A stretch of DNA of 63,924 bases, counting the filler, from Octopus bimaculoides (lineage: Eukaryota): NCBI RefSeq assembly GCF_001194135.2. It is 6 parts of 6 records of this genome, joined end to end, with 100 filler letters (N's around TTAATTAATTAA, not from the genome) between each part and the next. Parts side by side here need not be neighbours in the genome. Positions count along the whole stretch, not along the records: positions 9,403 to 29,627 come from NC_068982.1; positions 29,728 to 48,853 come from NC_068992.1; 4 more parts are not named here. One strand, given 5' to 3'. The notes beneath the pieces were generated by a model that was not told the DNA's origin, made no database searches, and worked only from the letters and a program-made list of their open reading frames with translations. This document shows, piece after piece, positions 26,580 through 38,584 of this stretch (its first letter is position 1; the number at the start of each line of letters is the position of its first letter). The position numbers and the translations under genes are program-made.

Positions 26580-27448
26580 AAATCCCCCCTTCGGGGGCTA
26601 AATGCCCACTTTTTTCGAAACTTTTCCCTGAAAATTATCGAAAATAAAAAAATAACAAAGGCAACTGAGCGAGTGAGTGGGAGCGGGAGATTGAACATCG
26701 AGTTCGACGAGGACTTCCCCGCCCCTACCACCACTATTGTTCCCGCACAGGAGAAGGTGGAAGAGAGGCAAGAAGAAAAAAAAGCAAGAAAATAATGACA
26801 GTGACACTACCACCACCATTACAACAACAAGCATGAACAACAACAGCAACAAACCAAGAAGCAACTGTTTCGTCTCGGCGGCGAAACAAACCAGTCAATA
26901 AATTAATTTAACAATTAATGATATAAAAAATGTAAAGGGGTTGTTAAAGAAGGAGGGGGATAATGCCTTCCTTAACACCGCGCAAGAACTGATAACGGAA
27001 ACAACAAAAACAAAAAATGGTGATATACAGAACATTGAATATTAAAAAAAAAGTGTAGAACGAGCCACTCAACAGAAGTTAGAAATGACGTTAAGACAAG
27101 TATGGACCAATAAAACCTATGTTACTCGTGGAAGATGCTTCGGCACTGTGGAAGTGCGTTTTGCCACTGAACAAGAAGCAAAATAACATTCCACAGTGCC
27201 ACTAAAGGCTCATGAATTCATGCTGGTGCCAACATACCTTGGTCGGCGCCTCACAAGAATTTAAATTGGGGAGGTACTCCCTGAAATAAATAGGCGCAGG
27301 AGTGGCTGTGTGGTAAGTAGCTTGTTTACAAACTACATGGTTCCGGGTTCAGTCCCACTGCGTGGCACCTTCGGCAAGTGTCTTCTACTGTAGCCTCGGG
27401 CCGACCAGAGCCTTGTAAGTGGATTTGGTAGACTGAAAGAAGCCCGTC

Positions 27449-27512
<64 letters not shown>

Positions 27513-29545
27513 NNNNNNNNNNTGTGTGTCTGTCTGTCTGTCTGTGTTTGTGTGTCTGTGTTTGTCCCCCCCACCAACTTCGTTTGACAACCGATGCTGG
27601 TGTGTTTACGTTCCCGTAACTTAGCGGTTTGGCAAAAGAGACCGATATAATAAGTACTAGGCTTACAAAGAATAAGTCCTGGGGTCGATTTGCTCGACTA
27701 AAGGCGGTGCTCCAGCATGGCCATAGTCAAATGACTGAAACAAGTAAAAGAGTAAAGTTTAAAAGAGTATATGTTGGCTGATGGCGGCTGTCCTCTTTGA
27801 CATAGTGGACACCGCCACAATACTGGAGATGCACAAGTTGCACCAACAATATTAGTCGGTTCAGGGGATTGAGCCCCTTGTTCAAATTGAACAAGAGAGC
27901 ATAAATTCCATCCTCGATAAACCTACCTGGTGGCAGCAAACTGCACGTCGCTCTGGAGGGCAGAAGTCTAAGATGCTACTTTTGTGGTGACCAAAGCTAC
28001 TTCAGGGTTTTCTGCCCTAAGAAGAAGAGACGACCGGCCCTTATGCCGACACTAGAACCGGGAGTACCTCCAGTACAGTAGTAGCAACATCAGCAGCAGC
28101 AGAAACCAGTGGTCATCCAAACACCAACACCATCACCAGCAGCAGCAAAACGACGCCGCTTCCAGCCGTCGCCAGGGCACCAACAACAACAAAGACACTA
28201 ACCGTAGTACCACTAACACCACCACTAACAGCTACTACAGCAGTAACAGTAGCAACAGATGAACCCCAACAAAACCAATACCCAGAAAAAATCCCCCTTC
28301 CTGACCCAACCAACTCGGACTGTTCGAGTTATGAGGTCGAAAGGAGAGAGTGGCAGACAGTCCCCCCACCCACTAAAAAGAGACAAAAAAGATTCAAGAG
28401 ACGGTAGAAGAAAAGGGGGAAGGCGCAAAGAATTGGAACTTCCCAACAGCAGCAACACGCACACACAACAACCAACAACAACACCACCACCTTCAACAGC
28501 ACTACCACCTCAAACACCAACACAATGTACAACACAAACTCCACAATCACCACCAACCTCACAGCCATCAACACAGACGACATACACCTAATAACATATC
28601 TGCGTGACAATACAAACACCACATTTGTCTTCCCAACTCACAATGCACCACCATCACACATACAAATTGTAAAACCCACCCAAAATACATACACCACATC
28701 GAAAAGAAATTTCCCAAATGCTGTTGGGTCTTTCCAAAAGACCTTCTCAAACAGACTTTTTAAAAACCCCGTGGAAACCCCTACACCAAAGACCAAAGAG
28801 GAGGGGCACCCTACCAGACAACAGCGGTAAGTAGACGCTTCTCTGTCCTAAATATTTATTTTTAGCATGGTGACGCTCAGAATAGGTTGCATAAATGTTA
28901 GGGGCCTCGGATCGCCTTCGAAACAAGGTCACCTTTTAAATGACCTGAGTTCCTTTAGTGTAGACGTAGGAGCCATTAGTGAATCCAGACTATCCGACCC
29001 ACGGAAACGCATCACCCTTTTCAGTGGATACGAAATTTTTCTATCACCGTGTCGGCCGGGAGGGGGCGGTAGTGATACTGTGGTACTTTTCCGGAAAGGT
29101 CTGAATTTGGAAACAAAGGCAGTCTTCCTGGATCCAGAAGGTAAGTTGCTAGTCTTAGATGCAAACAGCAGTAACAGCGGTGCTTTCAGACTGGTGTCTG
29201 CCTATGCTCCGGCAGGTGTAGGGCGGTCTGATTACTTGAAGCGCCTGGAGGTATTCCTGGGAACGTCTCGGACTTTAGTGTTAGTAGGAGATTGGAATAC
29301 TGTCTAAGATGGACGCCTCGATTGGGTGGGCGTATCTGAATGGAGAGTGAGGTGCAAAAACCTGCTCAGACGTTTTCGATTGTCTGACAGGTACCAAGTA
29401 GATTACCCGAATCTGCCAATGTCGATTTGGACAAATCGCATCGGGTCATCTAGATCGTATTTAGATAGAGTTTTCTGTAGGCCAGCGGATAAAGATAGTA
29501 TAAGTTGTCCACAATTTCATTTAGTACACAGACCACAAACTGGTA
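26580..29545 (+). mobile_element. 5' half of a Tx1/L1-clade LINE: decayed ORF1 (RRM-like region + zinc knuckle) and ORF2 apurinic endonuclease
   Basis: ORF1 remnants: FGTVEVRFATEQEAK...PTYLGRRLTRI*IGEVLPEIN (27060-27290) and VALEGRSLRCYFCGDQSYFRVFCPKK (degenerate CCHC, ~27945-28025), then a T/Q/P-rich linker with stop at 28830. ORF2 from 28867: LRIGCINVRGL, AISESRL, RLVSAYAP, LVGDWNTV*, SYLDRVF (APE motifs). Ends at (TG)n and a scaffold join. Confidence 0.85.
27292..27760 (+). mobile_element. SINE family D (tRNA-like head, internal (TA)n(TG)n, conserved tail), inserted in Tx1 ORF1
   Basis: ggcgcaggagtggctgtgtggtaag...ggttcagtcccactg...gaaagaagcccgtcg + microsatellite + ...cggtgctccagcatggcc..gtcaaatgactgaaacaagtaaaag. 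Confidence 0.9.
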
Positions 29546-29563
29546 ACAAGTTTGTTTGTGTGT

Positions 29564-29627
<64 letters not shown>

Positions 29628-29727
29628 NNNNNNNNNNNNNNNNNNNNNNNNNNNNNNNNNNNNNNNNNNNNTTAATTAATTAANNNNNNNNNNNNNNNNN
29701 NNNNNNNNNNNNNNNNNNNNNNNNNNN
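29628..29727. other. Artificial scaffold-join spacer
   Basis: 44 N + TTAATTAATTAA (29672-29683) + 44 N. Confidence 0.95.
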
Positions 29728-29899
29728 GGGTGCTCTCCGCAATTTCTCGAGAAAAGAATCTACTGGCCTTCTGACACTTATTTACTTTGCATCTTTGCCG
29801 ATCGATTTTACTAGAAAGAGTAGCATATTTCGTCTCAAAGAACATAGCTTTTCTTTTATAATTGTTTCACACTGAAAGGTGAATAGTTGGGATATCTTA

Positions 29900-30440
29900 C
29901 ATGGGTGGATGAATGGATTGATGGATCAATGGTTGAGTCGTTCGGTGATTGAATGTGTGAATGGATGGTTAGATGTGTGGATAGGTGGATAGATGGACTG
30001 ATGGATTGATGGATTGAGGAATGGATGGATTGATGGATCGATGGGTGGGTGGATAGATTGATAGATCGATGGATCTCTGGTTGGATAGGTTGATAGATGG
30101 ATTAATGAAAGGATGGATGGATTGATGGATCGATACTTGGATGGTTTGATAAATGGATGGGTGAATGGATGGATCGATGGTTGGATGGTTAGATGGGTGG
30201 ATGGGTAGATTGATGGATCGATGGATTTCTGGTTGGATAGGTTGATAGATGAATTGACAAAAGGATGGATGGATTGATGGATTGATAGATCGATGGTTAG
30301 ATGGTTAGATGGTTAGACGACTGGAAGGTTAGTTGGTGGATTGATGGATCGATGGGGTGATGGTAGCCTGGATGGTAGGTTAAATCGATGGCAGGCTATT
30401 TGGCTGGCTGTATCAAAGACTAGCCGGACAGGTAGCTGGG
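29900..30440. repeat. (GGAT/GATT/GATA)n-derived minisatellite with higher-order duplication
   Basis: The block gatcgatggat.tctggttggataggttgatagatg.att.a..aaaggatggatggattgatgg recurs at ~30065-30130 and ~30216-30281. Confidence 0.85.
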
Positions 30441-31184
30441 TGGATGGACGTTAGCTGATGCAGCAGCAGCAGCTGCAACAGCGACAACAACAACAACAAC
30501 TGCAGCGGCTGAGGACTTGCAGTTATGGTATTCCACAGAATGGAAGATTTCCAGGTGTTCTCTCTTGCGTGGGAGGAAGCGAAGGAAGACGACGGAAAAC
30601 TTGCTTATCAGCTGACCGACATTGAAGAAGAAGAAGAAGAAGAAGAAGAAGAAGAAGAAGAAGAAGAAGAAGAAGAANNNNNNNNNNNNNNNNNNNNNNN
30701 NNNNNNNNNNNNNNNNNNNNNNNNNNNNNNNNNNNNNNNNNNNNNNNNNNNNNNNNNNNNNNNNNNNNNNNNNNNNNNNNNNNNNNNNNNNNNNNNNNNN
30801 NNNNNNNNNNNNNNNNNNNNNNNNNNNNNNNNNNNNNNNNNNNNNNNNNNNNNNNNNNNNNNNNNNNNNNNNNNNNNNNNNNNNNNNNNNNNNNNNNNNN
30901 NNNNNNNNNNNNNNNNNNNNNNNNNNNNNNAAAATCTACGGGTAAATGAAGCGGACGCGGTGTGATAATGGAGGAGAAGGAAGAGGAAAGTATGAAAGGT
31001 GGAGGGTGGCGTATGAGATCGAGAAGACATTCTGAATTCTGCTGCTGCCGTTGCTAGGCAACTAATTCCACCAGATTATTCATTGAGAACTCTTGAAGAC
31101 TTTAAAATATTGTCGACTAACCTCAACTTCCTCTGCACTTGTTTAGTGGGAGATTACCGTCGAAACAACAGCAGCAACAGCATC

Positions 31185-31185
31185 G

Positions 31186-31247
<62 letters not shown>

Positions 31248-31470
31248 GTCACTGCCACTAGCACCACCGCTACAACTGCTGCTGTTACTGCTACTGTTAC
31301 TTTTGATCCTACTACTAGTACTATTACCACAACAACAACACCGTTCCGCCGCCGCTGCTACTACTACTACTGCTGCTACTACTACTACTACTACAACTGT
31401 TGCTAGTGCTGCTACTACTACTTCTTCTACTACTACTGCTACTACTACTGCTGCTGCTGCTGCTACTAGT
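31185..31470. repeat. (CTA/CTG)n microsatellite cluster
   Basis: Direct reading. Confidence 0.95.
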
Positions 31471-31739
31471 TTATTGTGTTGATGTTATTGTCACGTTTGT
31501 TGATCGAAGCGGCGCTTGACTTAGTGGCGAGGGTGTTTGTCTCACGACCGTAGAGGTGTGAGTTCAGTTCCTGAACCGGGGTGACCCCTTGTGTCATTCC
31601 TTGTTCAAAGCACTTCATTCCGCGTTGTTGCAGTCTACTCAGCAGTAATTAACTACCGCCCGGGTTCTGCGGGCACTACCGGGTCCCCTCCTTACTGTTA
31701 CATCCTGAATGTTTCGTTGAGTTCAACGGTGAGCGAGAG

Positions 31740-31772
<33 letters not shown>

Positions 31773-31880
31773 GAGAGAGAGAGAGTGTGTGTGTGTGTGT
31801 GTGTGTGTCTGTGAGAGAGAGAGAGAGGAGGAGGAAGCTGAGAGAAAGAGGGGTGCATATGCCTACAAGCGAACCTAAAA

Positions 31881-32388
31881 CAGTAGCGTAACAAAGGGGT
31901 GGCAGCGATGGGAGTAGTCCATTCTGGGGTGACGCTTTCTTTTGTGTGGTGGCGGAGCAACACCTTTGGATCTGTAATATAAGTTTGTATAGAGGGCAGG
32001 AAGTCGAGTGGAGACAGAAAACTCAGAGGCTGCTCCGAGAAGTACACACTCAAGCTAGCGAAAACACGGTAAATGGTACTTTATTTCCCGTTGCTCCAGT
32101 TCACTCAGCTGGCAAAAATGAGTAGTACCTGTATTTCAAAGGGCCAGCCTTGTCACACTCTATGTCACGCTGAATTTCCCTGAGAACTATGTTAAGGGTC
32201 TAGGTCTATGGAGTGCTCATCCACTTGCACGTTAATTTCACGAGCAGGCTGTTCTCTTGATCGGATCAACTCGAACCCTCGACCTCGTAACCGACGGAGT
32301 GCCAGCTAGAAGGCAGGAAGTCGGGTGAGGGCGAAAAACTCAAAAGCTACTGCGGGAAATACACACGCAAGCTAGCTACTACACAACT
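31881..32388. mobile_element. Related hAT-type MITE interrupted by a SINE
   Basis: Starts cagtagcgtaacaaagggg and ends caagctagctactacacaactg; internal sequence resembles 37583-37719. A SINE body lies at ~32070-32306. Confidence 0.45.
32070..32306 (+). mobile_element. SINE family B, 5'-truncated
   Basis: CORE-like segment plus the A/B tail ending ccgacggagtgcca. Confidence 0.8.
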
Positions 32389-32494
32389 GAAAACAATAAG
32401 TGAAAACATGGTAAATGTTCGGGAGTGACGGCTGGTCGTACCAAGCAGTGTCCACGTTCTTATTATTGATGTGTTTGTTATTATCGTGAAGACG

Positions 32495-32810
32495 GGTGGC
32501 TTTGTAGTATGATATTCGGCTCAAGATCCTAAGGACGTGAGTTCGATTTCCAGCGACGCGTTGTGTCCTTGGGCAAAACACCTTGTTTCACATTGCCACA
32601 GTCAACTCACCTGGCAAGAATGAGTTGTACCGGTAATTCAAAGGGCCAGCCTTGTGACATTCTTTGTCACACTGAATCTCCCTGAGGACTACATTTTGGC
32701 TATACGTGTCTGTGGAGTGCTCAACCACTTGCACGTTAATTTCACGAGCAGGTTGTTCTGTCGATCGGATTAGCTGCAACGCTCGTCGTCGCAATTGACG
32801 GAGTTCCAGT
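32495..32810 (+). mobile_element. SINE family B (diverged)
   Basis: Same head, CORE-like and tail layout as 39319-39643. Confidence 0.8.
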
Positions 32811-33021
32811 ATTGTGAGCTCTCTATGTGCGTGTCTGCTGGTTGTGGGATGATGTTGCTGTTGTTGTTGTTACTGAGACCAGGTCAATAGATCCTTTTTG
32901 ATATGTATGCATGTATGTACATATGTGCGCGCGCGCTCGTTACACTGATCAACTTTGAAAGCATTTTATACATATCTTTCAGATCATTGCGTAAAATATA
33001 ATAGGAAATACATCCCTTACA

Positions 33022-33366
33022 GTGAGGTCGCATAGCTGTGGTTAGAGCATCGGGTTCACAGTCATGAGGTAGTGAGTTCCATTCCCGGACCGGGCTGTGT
33101 GCTAAGTTCTTCAGCAAGACACTTTATTTCATGTTGCTCCAGTTCACTCAGCTGTAGAAATGAGTTACGACGTCACTGGTGCCAAGTTGTTTCGGCTTTT
33201 GCTTTTATCTTGGACAACGTCGGTGGCGTGGAGAGCGGAGGCTGGTATGCATGGACAACTGCTGATCTTCCAGGAACAATCTTGCCCGGACTTGTGCCTC
33301 GGAGGGTAACTTTCTAGGTGAAATTTCGTTGTCATTCATGACCGAAGGGTGACGTTACCCTTTTTT
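33022..33366 (+). mobile_element. tRNA/CORE-like SINE, family C (different tail)
   Basis: Head and CORE-like segment as in B, followed by a distinct tail (...ggacttgtgcctcggagggtaac...tcattcatgaccgaaggg); 13-bp TSD tacatcccttaca (33009-33021 / 33367-33379). Confidence 0.85.
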
Positions 33367-33444
33367 TACATCCCTTACATAAGACATATATAGTCATCGG
33401 GTCGAGTATGTTCACATGGTGTACATATATATATATGTATGTGT

Positions 33445-34045
33445 GTGTGTGTGTGTGTGTTTCTTTATTCTCTTTTACTTGTTTCAATCATTTGACTGCG
33501 GCCAGGCTGGAGCACCGCCTTAAAAGGTGTTAGTCGAAGAAATCGATCCCAGAACTTATTCTTTGTAAGTCTATCGGTCACTTTCGCCGTACTGCTAAGT
33601 AATGAGGTCATACATACACCAGCATCGGTTGTCAAGCGATGGTGGGCAGACAAACACAGACATACACAAATACATACATGCATTATATATATGTGTGTGT
33701 GTGTGCGTGTGTGTGTGTGTGTGTGTGTGCGTGCGTGCATGTATTTACGCCTCTGCCCTGGGGACTTAACTGCTTCCTTCGCTCCTTTTGCTACACTTTT
33801 ATATCAATGAACTGACTTGAAATTGCATTGTTTCTGTTTTTGCTTGTATTTTTTTTCTTCTTTTTACTTGTTCCAGCCATTTGACAGCGGCCATGCTGGG
33901 GCACCGCCTTGAAGAGCTTTTGTCGAACTAATCGACCTCAGGACTTAGTGTTTAAAATCTACTACTTATTCTCCATCGTTCTCTTTTGCCGAATCGCTAT
34001 GTTACGGAGAAGACACCAATACTGGTTGTCAAGCGGTGGTGGGAC
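33445..34045 (-). mobile_element. Two family D tail fragments in tandem (33445-33660, 33850-34045)
   Basis: Both contain catttgac.gcggcca.gctgg.gcaccgcctt, the reverse complement of the family D tail. Confidence 0.75.
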
Positions 34046-34049
34046 GCAC

Positions 34050-34213
34050 CCCACCCACACACAAATATAAATATAATACAGTTCTATATTTAAGAGATGA
34101 GGAATTATGTACATTATTTACACTTGACAGATATTTGTCCTCATCTTGTTTGTTGTTAATACAACGTTTCGGCTGATGTACCCTCCAGCCTTCATCAGGT
34201 GTCTTGGGGAAAT
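34050..34213 (-). mobile_element. Penelope-type terminal repeat fragment with hammerhead-like core
   Basis: Minus strand acacCTGATGAaGGCTGgagggtacatCAGCCGAAACGttg (34163-34198). Confidence 0.6.
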
Positions 34214-34429
34214 TAACACTTACAACAAACATATAGCAAAATACACACACACACGCTTCACAATATACAAACACACTCACATACACACACACGCACATTT
34301 CACTTAGCACTAACATACATACACCCAAATATGTATGTATGAATGTGTGTGTGTGTATATATATATTCGCCATGCTGGACCGCTGAACTCTACACTGTTT
34401 TTGTCTCCGTTTTTTTTTTTATTCTCTCT

Positions 34430-34575
34430 CCATTTCCCCCCTCTTATTCCTTTCCGTTGAAGAGCGTAGGCTCGAAACGTAAAAGACTTTTCCATTGTTC
34501 CCGAGCGTCAAATTATTACACCTGCTTGTGGTTCCTACACCTATCTCGGCTTTTATTTTGCTGAAAATTTGAACT
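34430..34575 (+). mobile_element. Second Penelope-type short repeat family (also 19545-19690 -, 45110-45230 -, 58340-58440 +)
   Basis: Shared motif tttCTGTYGAaGAGCgtarGCTCGAAACGt across four copies, with individual substitutions. Confidence 0.55.
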
Positions 34576-34782
34576 ATATATACATGAGGGCTTCTTTCAG
34601 TTTCCGTCTACCAGATCCACTCACAAGGCTTTGGTCGGCCCAAGGCTATAGTAGAAGACACTTTCCCAAAGTGCCGCTCTCGTAAAAGAGACGCCCGGGC
34701 CGGACCGCCTCCCACCCTAGTTACACTATTGCTGTCATGTAAAATGTATAATTATTAGCCAATTACGTGTACTTACTCATTG

Positions 34783-34818
<36 letters not shown>

Positions 34819-35109
34819 TAGCACACAGATACATCAAAAGATGCGCGCACACACACATACATAAACATACACACTCTTCACAAAATATACAAGCACGCGC
34901 GCACACACACACACACTTCACAACACATAAAGACTCACAACACACATATAACAAAATACACACACATACACACTTCATAATACACAAACACACTCACACA
35001 CACTTCACAATATACAAACACATCCACTCACACACGCACTCACATTTCACTTAACACTAACATACATACACCCAGAAACTTCACTTAACACACATACACA
35101 CACACGCGT

Positions 35110-35161
<52 letters not shown>

Positions 35162-35773
35162 ACCCGCACATACTTCACAAAACACAAGCGCGTAGCCAAA
35201 ACGACACATACATGCACAAACACGAGCTAAACAAAAGTATTACAGTAGTAAGGGAAGTACAATTATCTGTGAATGATAATGGATGAGAGAAAGAGAGAAA
35301 AACAACAAAAACAACAAAAAATACGAAAAAATTACTTCGATGACGTCAAGATATTGGTATCGATTTTTGTCTGTGTTTGAATGTCTGCGATAACATGTCA
35401 GCATTATCAGTCTCTTCAACTGGCTTTCATAAATGTGATACCTCATTTACAGAAGCGGCGCAATATTACAGCTAAGAAGGCCGAACAGAGAAATGTGTGT
35501 GTGTATTATTAATTTTTTTCTGTATTTTTAATGACTGTTTTTTTTTTGCTTCTGTTTTATGCCGGCGTGGCTGTGTGGATGAGAAATTCATTTCCTAACC
35601 GAATGGTCATGCGTTCAATCCCACTGCGCGGCACATTCGGCACTTGTCTTCCACCATAACCCCGGGCTGACCAAAGCCTTGTCAGTAGATTTGGTAGACA
35701 AGGAAACTGAAAGAAGCACATCCCCTGTGTGTGCGCGCGCGCGTGCATGTATATCTATCTATCTATCTATCTA

Positions 35774-36075
35774 GTGTGAAGTTACATGGCTCAGTGGTTA
35801 GAGTATCACGCTCATAATCATGAGGTTGTGAGTTCGATTCCCGGACCAAGCTGTGTGTTGTGTTCTTGAGCAAGGCACTTTATTTCTCGTTTCTTCAGTT
35901 CACTCAGCTGTAGAAATGAGTTGCTATGTCACTGGTGCCAAGCTGTATCCGTCTTTGCCTTTCCTTCGGATAACATCGGTGGCGTGGAGAGGGGTGCCCG
36001 GACTTGTGCCTTGAAGGGGAATTTTTTAGGTGCAATCTCATGATCATTCATGACCGAAGAGAGTCTTTACCCATT
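35774..36075 (+). mobile_element. SINE family C (with internal deletion)
   Basis: Aligns to 33022-33366 but lacks ~45 nt after gcgtggagag. Confidence 0.8.
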
Positions 36076-36584
36076 ACCCTATACATCTATACCCCCGAAA
36101 ATCCCTCATATCTCAACAACCACTTGTCCGATTTACACGAAACTTGTTTTATTCCGTTCATATGCACATTTCAAGGGAAACTTAATTCATAGTATTTCCC
36201 TATTTTTCACCAGTTTGGCTGGATAACATTGTAAGCAAGCAAGCAAGATTCAAACTCACTTTTAATGTATTATAGATGTGTAGTTTAAAAAATAATTTTT
36301 TAAAAGTTGTTCCATATGAAGTGAGTCAGTGATATCTTGATTTCCGGTGCACTTCGAAGACCTCAGCAGTTGAATTTTTGTTTGTCTTACTGGAAAATTT
36401 AATCAATAGGAGTGCTCAATGATTCAACAGGTAGTCAGTGCTATCCATTGGATTAAACAACCGGAAGTATGCACATCAAATGTCCTACACACAGAAAACA
36501 TGGAATATTTACCAAAAGTTACATAGAATAGCTCTTATAAAAAGAAACAAATTAAAAAAATGTATCCCATTACTTCTCCATAAG

Positions 36585-37000
36585 TGCAGGCTGGTTGCGT
36601 CATTGTGTGGTTTGCTTCCTAATCCCATGGTTCCGAGTTCAATCCCAATGTGTGACAATTCGGGCAAGTGTTTGCTACTATAACCGCAGGCCGATCGAAG
36701 TCTTGTGAGTGGATTTTGTAGACGGAAACTGAAAGAAGCTCGTCACACAAACACACACACACACACATATACGTTTGTGTGTGAGTGTGCGTGTGTACGC
36801 ACGTGTATGTATATGTGTCTATGCTTTTCCTCCACCGTTGCTTCACAACTTGGTGATTCGCCAAAAAAGACCTATAGAAGAAGTTATCAGACTTTAAAAA
36901 AAATAAGTTTGGTGGGGGGATTCCTTCGACTAAAAATTCTTCAAGGCGATGCCCCAACATGGCTACAGTCAAATGACTAAAACAAGTAAAAAACAAAAGA
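36585..37000 (+). mobile_element. SINE family D (diverged)
   Basis: Head, CA/TG tract and tail recognisable. Confidence 0.75.
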
Positions 37001-37582
37001 TTAGTAAGCAGAGGTGTCTTAGCAGTATTGTAGGTATTTGAGCAAATCAATGCATTATGCCTTATGGTATATACTGGGTTTAAATTTTGGCACAAGGCCA
37101 GCAATTTCGAGAAAGGAGAAAAGTCGACTACATCGACCCCAGTACTCAACTGGTACTTTTTTTATGGACCTCCAAAAGGATAAAAGGTAAAGTCGACATC
37201 GACGGAATTTGAACTCAGAACGTAGAGAAGGACAAAGTGCCGGAAAGCATTTCGCCCGGCGTGCTATCGATTGTGCCAGCTCGCCACCTTACTCTGTAAA
37301 ATCCTCACTGAGAATATCTTTGCCTTTCATCTTCTCGTCGTCGACAAATAAAGTACCGGTCAAGTATTCGGGTGGATATAATCGATTATATCCCTCCTTG
37401 TCCTCTTCCATCAGTTTTCTGGCCTTCCACCTTTGTAAGAAAATGTTAATCTATTAATCTTAGGTGATGGACTTAATCCATCGCTGATTTAACCACACCA
37501 CTTGATTCATGAGTGGCTTAAGTGGAGGCCTCTCTCTAATAAACATTAAGGTCTGGTTTCCGGTCTGCGGGTAACTTAGTCC

Positions 37583-37719
37583 CTGTAGCGAAGCTAGGGG
37601 GCGCGATGGGGGCGGCACTTTTGGATTTATTGTATAAGACTGTATAGGACGTAAAGCCCGGAGTTAAAGGGCTAATTCAAGGACTGCCTTCGGCAGTACA
37701 CGATCTAGTTACACCGCTG
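37583..37719. mobile_element. hAT-type MITE with degenerate 8-bp TSD
   Basis: TIRs ctgtagcgaagctag / ctagttacaccgctg (CAGTGGCGTARCTAG-like). Flanks cttagtcc (37575-37582) and cttgttcc (37720-37727) match at 6/8. Confidence 0.6.
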
Positions 37720-38584
37720 CTTGTTCCATTCCTTCTACTTGTCTGGAGTTCCTGAAAATAGTCAAGGTACAAAATCGTTTGAAAAGTAAGCTGGCCTATA
37801 CTGAAAGATAGTCCAGCCGTGACCAATGGATGGATGGATGGATGGATGGATGGATGAATGGATACTATGAATCGAAAGTAATTTAGCTTCTAGGAACAAA
37901 GAGTACCTAGACAAGTATAAAAATAGCAGCCAAAATCTCCTTCAAATTACTCCGAACCGTATTTAGAATACTGTGATAGACACATCAGGTAATGCAGTTC
38001 CAGATACACTATGATCGGAGGAAAAATAGATTGGACTGGCATGGTTGGCTTACTTTTCATCATAGGTCTGCTGCTTGCCGGATTGGGACGAACAGGTACT
38101 TAACATCACGACATCGACGACTACAACCACCACCACCGCCACCACCACCACCACAACTACATCCATGACTAACACCGCCACCAACAAAAACAACAATAAC
38201 ACCACCACCAACAACACCACCATCACCACAACCACTACTCATATCACTACTCCCGCTCCCCCTTCACCACTACCAACAACAACAATTGTTAGTTGGTAAC
38301 ATCATACAATTAGGAGATTCTAAAAACCGTTGCCATTTAATTTCTTGTGAACATTGCCATAGAGACGCTAAATGTATTTTGTTCTTTTTTTTTTTAACGT
38401 CAAAAGCGTTGAAATAAAGTCAACCAAAAACAAAAAAATAATAAGAAAAAGAAAGAAAAAGAAAAAAAGAAAGTAAAGAAAAGGAAAAAAAAACATAATC
38501 TTCAAGATGTCACTGCTAAACGGGCAATGGTGTCCACTGAGGATATTTGGGTGATGTTTAAAACAACAAAAAACTTATTAAATT

